From IMG/VR virus record IMGVR_UViG_3300028048_000064, positions 1-64,000 of that record: a DNA stretch of 64,000 nt; one strand, written 5' to 3'. The notes below the pieces were generated by a model. The model was given only the letters and a program-made list of their open reading frames with translations, did no database searches and was not told the origin of the DNA. The position numbers and the translations under genes are program-made. The stretch comes from a virus. Its lineage: Duplodnaviria; Caudoviricetes. This document shows positions 39,036 to 49,425 of the stretch, one piece after another (position 1 is the stretch's first letter; each line of letters begins with the position of its first letter).

Positions 39036-39629
39036 ATGAGAGCAGTATTATATGTACCATACAGTAACGGTGATGCACGCAATGGTTTCAAGTATGACAA
39101 GGAGATAAGTCAGAAAGAATATGCTGCCGCTATGGTTGATTATTACAATCAGCATAAGGATGGTATTGATAGTGTTTTTTACAGCAAGGGTTTAGGAAAG
39201 AACATTGCTGTAAATGGTTTTAGGAAGGAGAAGGTTAAATATAACCAACAGACTTTCTATTATCAGCCTGTTGAGGCAAAGGTATTTGATATTGATGGTA
39301 AAGACGAAAAGATTGATGAGTTAATTCAATTCTACAAGACAGGAGAACAATTTATTGTTATTGTTGCCTTATTGAATTTATCATCTGCTGACGAGACAGG
39401 TGAACTTGAAAGTGATATTAAGTCTTGGACAAGTGAGAGTATAAAGATAAACCGTACCAATAGGATGACAGAGGATGAGAAACTGAAAAGCCTTTCAAAG
39501 AAAAGTCTGAAGTTGAAGTTTAAAGACTCTAAGTCAAGCGCTATTTTGAAGAATTGCAAAATGGTTGAGGTTTACTCAAGGAATAAATTTGCATTGCTTG
39601 TTGAAAGTATAGATTTTGTACAAGAATAA
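39036..39629 (+). CDS. Hypothetical protein
   Basis: 197-aa ORF in the tail gene cluster. Confidence 0.75.
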   Translation: MRAVLYVPYSNGDARNGFKYDKEISQKEYAAAMVDYYNQHKDGIDSVFYSKGLGKNIAVNGFRKEKVKYNQQTFYYQPVEAKVFDIDGKDEKIDELIQFYKTGEQFIVIVALLNLSSADETGELESDIKSWTSESIKINRTNRMTEDEKLKSLSKKSLKLKFKDSKSSAILKNCKMVEVYSRNKFALLVESIDFVQE

Positions 39630-39668
39630 GGCTATTAAAAATTAAAGATATATCTTTTTTAAAAGAAC

Positions 39669-41207
39669 ATGGATATTATTAACACAAATGGGAAGATGTC
39701 TCCTGAAGAGTTTGCTGCAAGAAGGAAAAAGGAACTTGCAATATTAAAGGCTTCAAATCAGATGCTTGAGGATGCAAAAAACAACCTTATTGCAATGAGT
39801 GAAGATGATATAGATATTCATAAGTATGCCGGTACACAAGAGTTGTCTAAACAAGACAAAATTAAGGCAATTGAAGAGGCACAGAAAGAGAATATTGCAG
39901 CAGGTCAGGCATATTATGGTGCGTCACCGGAAGAAATAGATAAGGCAACATATGGTGAACCTGATAAGGCTTCCATAAGGGCTTATGAAAATAGGCTCAA
40001 GATGAAGGGTATTACTGATGAGGAAATGCGTAGGAAAAGCATAGATGGTGCTATTGCCGAAGTAGTTGAAAACGAAGAGAGTAAACCAAAGCGTCGTTTA
40101 GGAAGACGTAAAAAGGAAAAGAAAGAGGAAGCAACTGAAACAGTATCACAGACGCAGGTAGAAAAAAAGAAAACAACTGTTGATGAGGTAGTAAGTGAAC
40201 CGATTGTTGAAGAAAAGAAATTTGAAACATCAAAGGAAGTATCATCAAAGATGGAAATAATCCAAGATGCGAAACCGTATATTGGTGGCGACGGTTTCAA
40301 GTTGTCAGATATACCTGATTACGTCCAATATGACATAATCCCTTTGCCATCTAATGGTGAATGTTATCCACATAAGAAGGATAGAATACCAGTGGCTTAT
40401 TTGACAGCATCTGACGAAAATATTATTGCATCCCCTAATATGTACCGTGATGGTAAGATTATTGATGCAATCCTTAGTAGAAAGATTTTGGATAAGACAA
40501 TTGACCCATCAACATTATGTGAAGGTGATAGGGATGCTGTTATCCTTTGGTTAAGGGCTACAGGGTATGGTGCTGATTTTCCTGTTAGTTTCACAAGTGC
40601 AACAGATGAGAATAAGACAATCAAGACAAAGGTTGACCTTAGTAAGTTGAAGTATAAGGATTTTAATTTGAAAGGTGACGAAAATGGTTTATTCAGTTTC
40701 TATGACAGTAAGGGTAATGAATTAAAATTCAGATTCTTCACCAAGGGTGACAAGGATAAGTTATCAAAGGATTTTGAAAAACGTGCAAATATTCTTGATG
40801 TTACAGAGATTGGCAAGTGTACTGAGATATTGAGGGAATGCTTTAACAGAGATACTTCATTGGAAGGTGATGATAAGGAAGATGTTAAGGATGCAATTGA
40901 TATATTGAATGAATGGGCAAATACCTATGAAATTGATGAAAGTATCGAAAAACTCGGCTATAATACCTATATAACAGAGATGATGAAGTTGCACACTGTA
41001 TCTATTAACGGTAATACTGATAGAGAGTATATTTCTAATTTCATTGATAACATGAGGTCATTGGATGCTTATTCATATAGGAATTACATTACAACAAATA
41101 CACCGGGTGTTGATTTCAGAATAAAGATTAATATCCCAGAGTCAGATGGAGGTGGCTCTTTTGAAACCTTTCTTAGACTCGACGATTTTGTTTTCACTAA
41201 TGTATGA
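39669..41207 (+). CDS. Baseplate hub assembly protein (T4 gp26-like) with charged N-terminal extension
   Basis: IPLPSNGECY, YLTASDENI, GDRDAVILWLRATGYG, PGVDF; lies upstream of tape measure. Confidence 0.7.
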   Translation: MDIINTNGKMSPEEFAARRKKELAILKASNQMLEDAKNNLIAMSEDDIDIHKYAGTQELSKQDKIKAIEEAQKENIAAGQAYYGASPEEIDKATYGEPDKASIRAYENRLKMKGITDEEMRRKSIDGAIAEVVENEESKPKRRLGRRKKEKKEEATETVSQTQVEKKKTTVDEVVSEPIVEEKKFETSKEVSSKMEIIQDAKPYIGGDGFKLSDIPDYVQYDIIPLPSNGECYPHKKDRIPVAYLTASDENIIASPNMYRDGKIIDAILSRKILDKTIDPSTLCEGDRDAVILWLRATGYGADFPVSFTSATDENKTIKTKVDLSKLKYKDFNLKGDENGLFSFYDSKGNELKFRFFTKGDKDKLSKDFEKRANILDVTEIGKCTEILRECFNRDTSLEGDDKEDVKDAIDILNEWANTYEIDESIEKLGYNTYITEMMKLHTVSINGNTDREYISNFIDNMRSLDAYSYRNYITTNTPGVDFRIKINIPESDGGGSFETFLRLDDFVFTNV

Positions 41208-41385
41208 TAACTATGAAAAAGATTTAAAGACGGAACTTTGGCTGTGTCATAAGAACATGAATTTGTCTATGGATGAGATACTTAACATGCCAATCAGTGA
41301 CCGAAAATTCTATATTTACATGCATAATAGGGGCATTGAAGAAGAAAAAGAAAAAATGAGGAATACTTTTAAGAGGAAGCACTAG
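41200..41385 (+). CDS. Small tail/baseplate assembly chaperone
   Basis: ATG at 41200 overlaps the upstream TGA; LSMDEILNMPISDRKFYI motif; directly before tape measure. Confidence 0.65.
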   Translation: MYDNYEKDLKTELWLCHKNMNLSMDEILNMPISDRKFYIYMHNRGIEEEKEKMRNTFKRKH

Positions 41386-41434
41386 TAAAAATGTGCTTCC
41401 TTTATTATTTATAATTGTACAATAATGTTTTTGA

Positions 41435-44400
41435 ATGGCAGTTAATAATACATATTTTACAAAAGAAGAGGAAGAGATTGCAAGAAGTCTTGGTGTTGCT
41501 GCCGAGAACCTTTCAGATATGGTGGGGATGATTAATGAATTATCTTCACTTGAAAGTGGTATAGAAGCGTTAGATAAACAAATAAGTAATCTCGACGCTA
41601 AAATAAATGATGCTGCCACAAGTGATACAGAAAAGGCATTATATACGTTAAAAAAAGAAGAACTTGACGCACAACGTGAAAACAAAAAAGATATTTTAAC
41701 CAAAAAAATTGGCCTTTTTAACAAGACAACAGGTAAAGATTGGAACAATGCTGCAACCAAAGATGATTTAAAAGATGCTGCAAGTAAGGCTGAAGAGGCA
41801 AAGATGTCAAAAATTTTTGGCAAAAATGGGTCAAAAATCACCAAGATTAATAAAGGCATTGAGGCTGCTGCAAAGGTTTTAGATGCAATTAAGGACTATG
41901 TTAAACTTGGATATGATTTACAACTTAATCAATTAAATTATATTCAAAAGGTTAATAAGGCTGGTCTTACTGTCGCAGGTTCAAGATTAACTAAAGCAGT
42001 ATCTGGTTCATTGACCGGTATTACAAGCGGAGCAACAGAAGGTTCTTTTGCTGCCGCAGGAAATGCAATTGAATTACAAAAGGAAATTGCAGACTATGGA
42101 AGACAGCAGCGTATGGCTGAACTTCAGATGAGAAACTATGAAAAAGTTAGGATTACTGAGGCTATAACAGGTACTATTTCTGCTGCTGCTACAGGTATTG
42201 GAACTATTATCGGCGCTGCTGCCGGTGGTCCAATTGGTGCTGCTATTGGAGCAGGCATTGGTATGATTGTTGGTAAAGTTGGTGAACTTTTTACAACAGT
42301 CCTTAAAGGCGAAACACAACTTAGTGAAAAACAACTTGAAATAATTAATGAGCAAACAGAGCAAATGGACTCTACAATAAGTTCACTTGCTAAAAATACG
42401 TTAGATTTCACTAAGAATATTAATGAATTTTTCTTAAAGTCTGAAAAGGCTGCTACTGATATTGGTATTGCCTTTGGCTATAGTAGACAACAATTAGAGG
42501 ACTATAAGAGTAGTGCATACCGAACCCAAATTGTTATTTCAAAGTGGGGTAAGACATTAGAAGATTTAGCACAGATACAGAACCAATATGCCGAAACAAC
42601 TGGTAGAAACATTCAGATGTCTTCTAATGAAGCAGACACAAGTTTTGCATTAGGGAGATTCGTTGGTCAAGATATACAGTTGAATATTGCATCACAGATG
42701 GAGCTGTTTGGTAAATCCATCTCAAACAGTAATGAAACTGTGTTTGAAATGTACAAGAATGTCAATAGAATGGGGTTAAGTGGACGCAAGTTTGCAAAAG
42801 ACTTGGCACAGAACCTTAAAATGGCATCAAAATACAATTTCAAAGGTGGTGTTGAAGGGTTGATGAAAATGTCAATGTGGGCACAGAAGACACGTTTCAA
42901 CATGAATAGTCTTTCTGGTATGCTTGATGAAATACAAGGTGGTGGTATTGAAGAACTGATAACAAAATCAGCAGGTTTCCAAGTACTTGGTGGCCGTGCT
43001 GCAATGCATAGTGACCCACTTGGAATGATGTTTGATGCTTGGGCAGACCCACAGGCCTATGCTAAACGTATGCAGGATATGACAAAGGGCTTCGGTAGGT
43101 TTAATAGTAAAACCGGTGAAACCGAATTTAATATCAATGAGTCAATGCAACTTGCACAGATAGCCAAACTACAAGGCCGTTCTGTGGAAGAAGTCCGTAA
43201 TGAGATTATCGAAAGGAATAAGCGTAATAGAGTTGAAGGTATGCTTAATCCTAATGAGAAATTCTCTGAAATGGATAAAACAGCCATAGGCTCAAAGGCA
43301 CATGTTGATAAAAATGGTGAATGGGTTGTAACATTGTCTAATGGTGAGGAAAAACGTGTCAATGAATTGAACAAGGAAGACATTGGTCATCTTATGCCAG
43401 AAACGAACGATGAAAAACTTGTTGAATATGCAATGGACTCAAGGGATTACCTTAGCCAAATTGCTGCTGTTACAACACGTGGTAAAGCATCACTTGTTGT
43501 GGATAATGAAGGCAAGTTTAAAGAGCACCAAACGGAAACAATTAAGGAAGAAAAAAGGTTTTTTGATAAAACAAGAGCTGAGATAAATGAAATATTACGA
43601 ACAGAACTTGTTTTTATACAAGATACACAAAAACTGCAACATAAGATTTTCACTAATAGTTTAGAGGTTATTAAGGAAGCAAATAAAGCTATTATAAATA
43701 GAGCAACTGACATTGCAAAGCAATTAGTAACTGCTGATAGTATCATTAGAGAATATGTGAATATACTTACAATAAAAGATGAAAATGAACGTAATAAGGC
43801 ATTAGTTGACTTCAGTAAAAGAAGACTTATTACGCCTCAGGATGAAAAAACACAAAAAGAAATAGAAATGCATTCCACTGCCGCAGAAAAGGCTAAACAA
43901 AGGGGTGATGTCAAATCAGAACTAATACACAAAGCAGAAGAACAACGTGCTAAAGGAGAGTACAATAGTGCTTTTTTAACTAATATGGGGCTAACTCAGT
44001 TAACAACAAATCCAACTATGCCTGACGGTGTTGTCTACGGTTCTTCAATGATGGTTTCAGCACCTAATATTGTGCCTATACACGATGGAATAGTAAGTGG
44101 CGGTTCTACTTATAATACATCTAAAGTAACTAATAATGCAAATATTAATAGAATACACGATGGAATAGTAAGTGGTGTATCTTCATCTGAAAACCCAAAT
44201 ATTTCCATTATACATGATGGCGTTGTTGGTGGTTCTACATCTATTTCTCCAAAGATATTACCGACAAATACAAATATTACTACTATTCATGATGGTGTTG
44301 CCAATGCAAATGGTACATCATTGATGGTATCAGCACCTAAGATTGTACCTATACATGACGGTATAACGCAGTTTGCTGCTGCTGACCCGAAGGATACTGC

Positions 44401-44677
44401 ATTGTTTGCAAAGACCGGCGGTCCATTTGACACATTATTCAATGGAATATTTGACAAGATTAACTCGATGTCTGATGCTATGTCTTCCGGTATGAATTTA
44501 TCAATTAATGGCAAAATAGAACTTACAGGACAGAACGGACAATCAGTTGATATAATGAGTATGTTGCAATCAGACCCAATGTTTATACGTAAGATTACAG
44601 AGATGATTGTTTTACAGATGAACAATAATGCCAATGGTGGTAGAAATGAAATGTTCCATAACAGATTTAGTGCTTAA
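41435..44677 (+). CDS. Tape measure protein
   Basis: 1080 aa, helical, Gly/Ala TM-like stretch GAAAGGPIGAAIGAGIG; position after chaperones. Confidence 0.8.
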   Translation: MAVNNTYFTKEEEEIARSLGVAAENLSDMVGMINELSSLESGIEALDKQISNLDAKINDAATSDTEKALYTLKKEELDAQRENKKDILTKKIGLFNKTTGKDWNNAATKDDLKDAASKAEEAKMSKIFGKNGSKITKINKGIEAAAKVLDAIKDYVKLGYDLQLNQLNYIQKVNKAGLTVAGSRLTKAVSGSLTGITSGATEGSFAAAGNAIELQKEIADYGRQQRMAELQMRNYEKVRITEAITGTISAAATGIGTIIGAAAGGPIGAAIGAGIGMIVGKVGELFTTVLKGETQLSEKQLEIINEQTEQMDSTISSLAKNTLDFTKNINEFFLKSEKAATDIGIAFGYSRQQLEDYKSSAYRTQIVISKWGKTLEDLAQIQNQYAETTGRNIQMSSNEADTSFALGRFVGQDIQLNIASQMELFGKSISNSNETVFEMYKNVNRMGLSGRKFAKDLAQNLKMASKYNFKGGVEGLMKMSMWAQKTRFNMNSLSGMLDEIQGGGIEELITKSAGFQVLGGRAAMHSDPLGMMFDAWADPQAYAKRMQDMTKGFGRFNSKTGETEFNINESMQLAQIAKLQGRSVEEVRNEIIERNKRNRVEGMLNPNEKFSEMDKTAIGSKAHVDKNGEWVVTLSNGEEKRVNELNKEDIGHLMPETNDEKLVEYAMDSRDYLSQIAAVTTRGKASLVVDNEGKFKEHQTETIKEEKRFFDKTRAEINEILRTELVFIQDTQKLQHKIFTNSLEVIKEANKAIINRATDIAKQLVTADSIIREYVNILTIKDENERNKALVDFSKRRLITPQDEKTQKEIEMHSTAAEKAKQRGDVKSELIHKAEEQRAKGEYNSAFLTNMGLTQLTTNPTMPDGVVYGSSMMVSAPNIVPIHDGIVSGGSTYNTSKVTNNANINRIHDGIVSGVSSSENPNISIIHDGVVGGSTSISPKILPTNTNITTIHDGVANANGTSLMVSAPKIVPIHDGITQFAAADPKDTALFAKTGGPFDTLFNGIFDKINSMSDAMSSGMNLSINGKIELTGQNGQSVDIMSMLQSDPMFIRKITEMIVLQMNNNANGGRNEMFHNRFSA
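44018..44362 (+). repeat. IHDG repeats near the tape measure C-terminus
   Basis: Five IHDG plus one MPDG; identical 23-mer atacacgatggaatagtaagtgg at 44078 and 44153. Confidence 0.85.
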
Positions 44678-44750
44678 ATTTCCGTTTAAAAATGATTTTT
44701 TAAACTATATATTTATATAGGTTAAGAATTACTAACTGACATATATTCAT

Positions 44751-47700
44751 ATGATAAACAGAGATGATATAACAGCAGGTTTTAACTATGGCGTTGATAC
44801 ATTAAACAAAGTAACCAGACGTGCCGTAACTAAGACAAACGACTTCATAAACAACATTCTTGGAATGAAGATTGACGAACGTGTTGATTTTAATGACATG
44901 AATTATGAGTTTATGAAACGTTTTATGGCTGTCAATATCAATGAGCGTGATATTACGTTGTCAATTCTTGGGCAAGATGCTCATCTGTTTGGAGACCCTA
45001 ATGCTATTTCAGGGCAAGCACAGAGGCCTTCTTATACAAAGGGCATGAATTATGTCGAGGATTTTGTATCATATGTTGATGCAGAAGAACAAGAGGGTTG
45101 GAATACAACAAGGGTTGCCAAGCAAACAAATAGGTTCTATCGTGACCCTTATGAGGAACCTGTTAATTTATATCCTGATGAACTTGATAGCGGTTATGGA
45201 AAAGATTTCAAAAAGTGGAATTTAAATGACAATAAAAATTCCATCATAAATAAAACAAAGAGACTTTTCTATGAAAAGAAGATAAACACCATTATCTCAA
45301 AGTTCGGTACTGCTGTAGATGCTGGGGAAAATCTTTCACCTGGTAATGGTGATGCAAGAACAATTGAAGCCGGCATGTCACATGGACGTAACTTGCTACA
45401 GGCTGCTGCTGAGAAAGAAGGTATAACCGGTGAATATGATATAAACGGTTATAATAATCCATATTGTCGTGTTTGGACGCATCATTATCAATATGATAGA
45501 TTAGATAAACTTATCCGCCCATTTGTTATAAGAACATCAAATGGCAATACTGAGGTAAGAAGCCTTAAAGATTTACATACTTGGAAAGGCTTTGAAAATG
45601 CGAATGAAACTGCTTATAGTTGGAAGGGTAAATCCAATGACGGATGGGAAAAATCTGTATTGGATAATAACGGATTTGTTAAGATAACACCGAAATATCA
45701 AGGTGGGGGTAAAAATAATGTACACACCAAGGATTGTATGTTTTCAATTGAAAACCTTGCATGGAAAGGTTATGACCCTTATTCATTTGAACAGGCGCTT
45801 TCTTGGGAACAGCGTGGACCACTTGGCGGAAGAATAATGTGGTTTCCACCTTATGGTTTGACGTTTAATGAAACGACACAAGCAAATTGGAACTCAAATA
45901 CATTTATCGGACGTGGTGAAGACGTATATACATATGTTAATACGGTTAGAAGTGGAACATTGAGTTTCATTATGCTTACTGACCACCCATCAGTTATTGA
46001 CTATGCCAACTGGTATGATGGTCGTGGAGGTACGGATGATTTGACAGACACAGATATTTTAAGATTCTTTGCAGGATGTGACAGTGGTGATGGAAATGAC
46101 AAATATAGTCTTTTATCAAAGGTTAAACCAACACCATTGACAGATGAGTTTGTGAAACAGACACATACGAAAGAAGAAACTGCAACGCCAGATATACTTA
46201 AACCAGAGCCGCCAGTAAAACCACAACCGGAAATTAGGGAAAGTGTTAAGAAAATACAGTTTGTGGTATTTTATCCCAATAACTATTCAGGTACATATGA
46301 TTATCCAACAAATGAAAGTGGCATGGTTGATGCTATTGCATATTTGTTGGGTGGTAATGGCTGTAATAAGGAATACAATTCAGATGAAAGTGATTTTGGC
46401 TCTGATATTGAAATCAAGTTTGATAAATTTGACATCGGAAATGCAAAAGGTTATGAAATGTCAAGTAATGGCATAAGCAATAAAAATGCACAAGATAATA
46501 ATGGTGATTACATTGTTGGTTCTAAAATTACTTGGTCACAAGCCAAAAGCAAAAACATTAAGACTTATCAGCCAAATGACAATAGAAGATGGTATTATAG
46601 AATAGATGGCATTTATAAAAATGGCATTCTTAATAGTGATTTCTATCGTAATACATATGACCAAATACTTGCTGTTGAAGGAAACTATCAAGATACAAAG
46701 GGCTTCAATTTAAATCTTGATGCAGAAGCAGTTAAAAATCAAAATCTGATATTGACAGAGGATGCAGACCTTTATTCTTTGGCAGAGATTGCCTATGCAA
46801 TTGTTAAAGATAAAGATAAGTATTCTGATATACGTGACTATTTGGCAAGAAAATTGAATGTTGACTCTGGGCAACTAAGTGACCGTTTAACTGAACTTAT
46901 TAATTTATTTACAAATGGTAAGTTAACGGAGGTTGAAGCATATGGCTATTCTAACTCCCATGGTTCAAATAGAAATCAAAAGACAAATGATACACGAAAT
47001 AATGATTTGGCAACACAGAGAGCAACCACAGTTATTGATTGGTTGAAGAAAATGGATGTAATTAACAGTGATGTTAAGTATAAGACGGATTTCAAATCAA
47101 GCCAAGGTGTTACAAGTAAAAATGTTTCATCAGATGCTGCCAAAAAATATCGTTCAGCTTTGGTAACTATGTCTTTTACACTTACAGAACAAGTTAATCT
47201 GTCCGATACAACTGCTGAACCTGAGAGTGGAGCAGATGTTATCCAGAGGTATCAAGGTTATACCTTTATAGGTGTTGACACTTACTCAAAACGTCCAATG
47301 TATCAGGATGAAAATGGTATCATTTGGTATGAAGACACAAAGGGTGTTTTGAAACGTTATGAAACTGTTACTATACCGGATGCTGAAAGAAATACACTGA
47401 AATTCAGTGACATAAAAAATAGTGATGGGCGAATGCTTCTATTCTATAGTAAAAACAAAGAAGGCGACAATACTATGAATAACCTGCGTTATGACCAAGA
47501 ATACTATTTCTATAAGCATCTTGAAAAGGATAATCCTATTGTATTTAAGAAACTAACAGAAAAACTAAAGTATTTTGACCCTGCATTCCACTCTATGACC
47601 CCTGAAGGGTTTACAGAACGTCTTACATTCTTACAGCAATGTACAAGACAAGGAAATACTGTAACTGCTTCTGATAAAAATGGTAAAACAGCAAGTAACC

Positions 47701-48080
47701 TTGCATTTGGTAGACCACCATTCTGTGTCTTGAGAATAGGTGACTTCTATTATCAAACCATTGTGATTGACTCAATTAATATAGATTATAATGTTTCTGG
47801 TGGTTTGCAATGGGATTTAAATCCTGAAGGTAATGGTGTACAGCCAATGTTGGCACAAATTAACATTTCATTTAAATTTATCGGCGGCGGAGACCTTGGA
47901 GGACCGATTAGAAGATTGCAGAATGCTATGACATTCAATTATTATGCTAACAGTAGACTGCACGATAATAGAGCAGACAGAATTAAATATAATTGGGATG
48001 ATAAGACCAATGGTGCCATTGATAATAGTGTAAATAGCAGTGATAGCTATGCATATATGACAAAGATGGCAGATAAATAA
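44751..48080 (+). CDS. Baseplate/tail-tube-initiator-like protein with OmpA-like insertion
   Basis: WNSNTFIGRGEDVYTY and PPFCVLRIGDFY flank VEAYGYSNSHG...NNDLATQRATTV...YRSA. Confidence 0.65.
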   Translation: MINRDDITAGFNYGVDTLNKVTRRAVTKTNDFINNILGMKIDERVDFNDMNYEFMKRFMAVNINERDITLSILGQDAHLFGDPNAISGQAQRPSYTKGMNYVEDFVSYVDAEEQEGWNTTRVAKQTNRFYRDPYEEPVNLYPDELDSGYGKDFKKWNLNDNKNSIINKTKRLFYEKKINTIISKFGTAVDAGENLSPGNGDARTIEAGMSHGRNLLQAAAEKEGITGEYDINGYNNPYCRVWTHHYQYDRLDKLIRPFVIRTSNGNTEVRSLKDLHTWKGFENANETAYSWKGKSNDGWEKSVLDNNGFVKITPKYQGGGKNNVHTKDCMFSIENLAWKGYDPYSFEQALSWEQRGPLGGRIMWFPPYGLTFNETTQANWNSNTFIGRGEDVYTYVNTVRSGTLSFIMLTDHPSVIDYANWYDGRGGTDDLTDTDILRFFAGCDSGDGNDKYSLLSKVKPTPLTDEFVKQTHTKEETATPDILKPEPPVKPQPEIRESVKKIQFVVFYPNNYSGTYDYPTNESGMVDAIAYLLGGNGCNKEYNSDESDFGSDIEIKFDKFDIGNAKGYEMSSNGISNKNAQDNNGDYIVGSKITWSQAKSKNIKTYQPNDNRRWYYRIDGIYKNGILNSDFYRNTYDQILAVEGNYQDTKGFNLNLDAEAVKNQNLILTEDADLYSLAEIAYAIVKDKDKYSDIRDYLARKLNVDSGQLSDRLTELINLFTNGKLTEVEAYGYSNSHGSNRNQKTNDTRNNDLATQRATTVIDWLKKMDVINSDVKYKTDFKSSQGVTSKNVSSDAAKKYRSALVTMSFTLTEQVNLSDTTAEPESGADVIQRYQGYTFIGVDTYSKRPMYQDENGIIWYEDTKGVLKRYETVTIPDAERNTLKFSDIKNSDGRMLLFYSKNKEGDNTMNNLRYDQEYYFYKHLEKDNPIVFKKLTEKLKYFDPAFHSMTPEGFTERLTFLQQCTRQGNTVTASDKNGKTASNLAFGRPPFCVLRIGDFYYQTIVIDSINIDYNVSGGLQWDLNPEGNGVQPMLAQINISFKFIGGGDLGGPIRRLQNAMTFNYYANSRLHDNRADRIKYNWDDKTNGAIDNSVNSSDSYAYMTKMADK

Positions 48081-48098
48081 ATGTTTAATTGAAAGAAT

Positions 48099-48413
48099 AT
48101 GGCTTATTACGATAGATATCAGAAATTTAGAAAAGACGGTGTTATTGATATAGTACCATTTGTGAGGATTAGTGAGAATGATACAGATTTATACATAGTG
48201 TATGATAAGTCAAGAATGCGTATGGATACACTATCTTATAAATACTACGGAGACCCTGACTATGGGTGGCTTATTTTGCAAGCAAATCCACAGTTGCCAA
48301 CAATGGAATATTTCATATCAGATGGAATTAGGATAAGGATACCTTATCCTTTGTCAACTGCAATATCAAGGTATGAGCAAGCCATTGATGAATACAATGC
48401 TGAGAATAATTAA
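48099..48413 (+). CDS. Baseplate wedge/LysM-like protein (gp53-like)
   Basis: RMDTLSYKYYGDPDYGWLILQANP...IRIP. Confidence 0.8.
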   Translation: MAYYDRYQKFRKDGVIDIVPFVRISENDTDLYIVYDKSRMRMDTLSYKYYGDPDYGWLILQANPQLPTMEYFISDGIRIRIPYPLSTAISRYEQAIDEYNAENN

Positions 48414-48432
48414 CATCTTTTAACTAAAATAA

Positions 48433-48464
48433 TTTGGATTATTCAATATTATTTATTACCTTTG
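48433..48464 (+). promoter_or_regulatory. Bacteroidetes-type promoter
   Basis: TTTG-N20-TAccTTTG. Confidence 0.75.
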
Positions 48465-48505
48465 CACCACAAAAGAAAAGTAAAGTTAATAAATAATATT
48501 TTTTT

Positions 48506-49360
48506 ATGAAACAGTTTGTATTATTTTTAATCAGTTTTTTGACAGTTGCCGTTTACGGACAGAAAGTAAATAGTAATGGTGAAAAGATGGTTTCAAAGTT
48601 AGTGATGGATAAAATCACTGTTAAAGGGAAGGTGTATGAAACAAGGACATATAATTTTTCATATAACTCCAAAAACCGTTTGATGGCTATTAACTGTGAC
48701 GTAAAAGCATATTCAGGTAATAGATATGCTTATTCTCGTCGTATTATTATGGAAAATAATGGTACATCAATTAAACGTAAGGATTATTTAGACGGAAAGA
48801 TTGATAACAGAGTAACTTATAAATACAAAGTAGATAATTGGATGATTACCGGTAGTAATAGGGTACATCTCCCTGATGCGGATAATGATATTGTTGATAT
48901 ACGGACTGTTTATAAGTATCAGAATGGAAGGCTTAATGAAATATTACTTCGATGGTACGTAACTAACAAGGATGTTATTAATTGGTCGCCATTAAAGGAA
49001 AGATATCATTATAATATTGAGTATAAAGATGGTAATCCATATTCAGCAAATAGGGAAAAGCAGAGGGAGTATTTTTATGAGGATTTAGTTAATGACACCA
49101 ATATTAATCTTCATGCTTTGTTGTGGGATAAGACAGGACAGATTACTATTGATAATATTGATATGGAATATTTCACTGAATGGGTGCCGTTTAAAGCGTA
49201 TAATTTGTTAGAAAAAAGTTGCATTGGTGATGAACCTTATGATATTCATACTGATATTGACTATGATTTTGATGAGGTTGGAAATTTAAAGAATGCTTAT
49301 TTAAAAATGACAGGTTCTGATGTTATAAATAGAAAAATCACTATTATGTATCTGTATTGA
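48506..49360 (+). CDS. Secreted beta-rich protein with Sec signal peptide (moron)
   Basis: MKQFVLFLISFLTVAVYG|Q signal; Tyr-rich beta-hairpin pattern; NDTNINL motif. Confidence 0.75.
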   Translation: MKQFVLFLISFLTVAVYGQKVNSNGEKMVSKLVMDKITVKGKVYETRTYNFSYNSKNRLMAINCDVKAYSGNRYAYSRRIIMENNGTSIKRKDYLDGKIDNRVTYKYKVDNWMITGSNRVHLPDADNDIVDIRTVYKYQNGRLNEILLRWYVTNKDVINWSPLKERYHYNIEYKDGNPYSANREKQREYFYEDLVNDTNINLHALLWDKTGQITIDNIDMEYFTEWVPFKAYNLLEKSCIGDEPYDIHTDIDYDFDEVGNLKNAYLKMTGSDVINRKITIMYLY

Positions 49361-49366
49361 AAAATG

Positions 49367-49422
49367 GTATGTTAGATAGTTATATTTAGATTAGAGGTAA
49401 TATAACCATTTAACATACTTTT
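49367..49422 (+). terminator. 20-bp hairpin with T-run just before the hub gene start
   Basis: gtatgttagatagttatatt-N12-aatataaccatttaacatac-tttt. Confidence 0.65.
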
Positions 49423-49425
49423 ACG

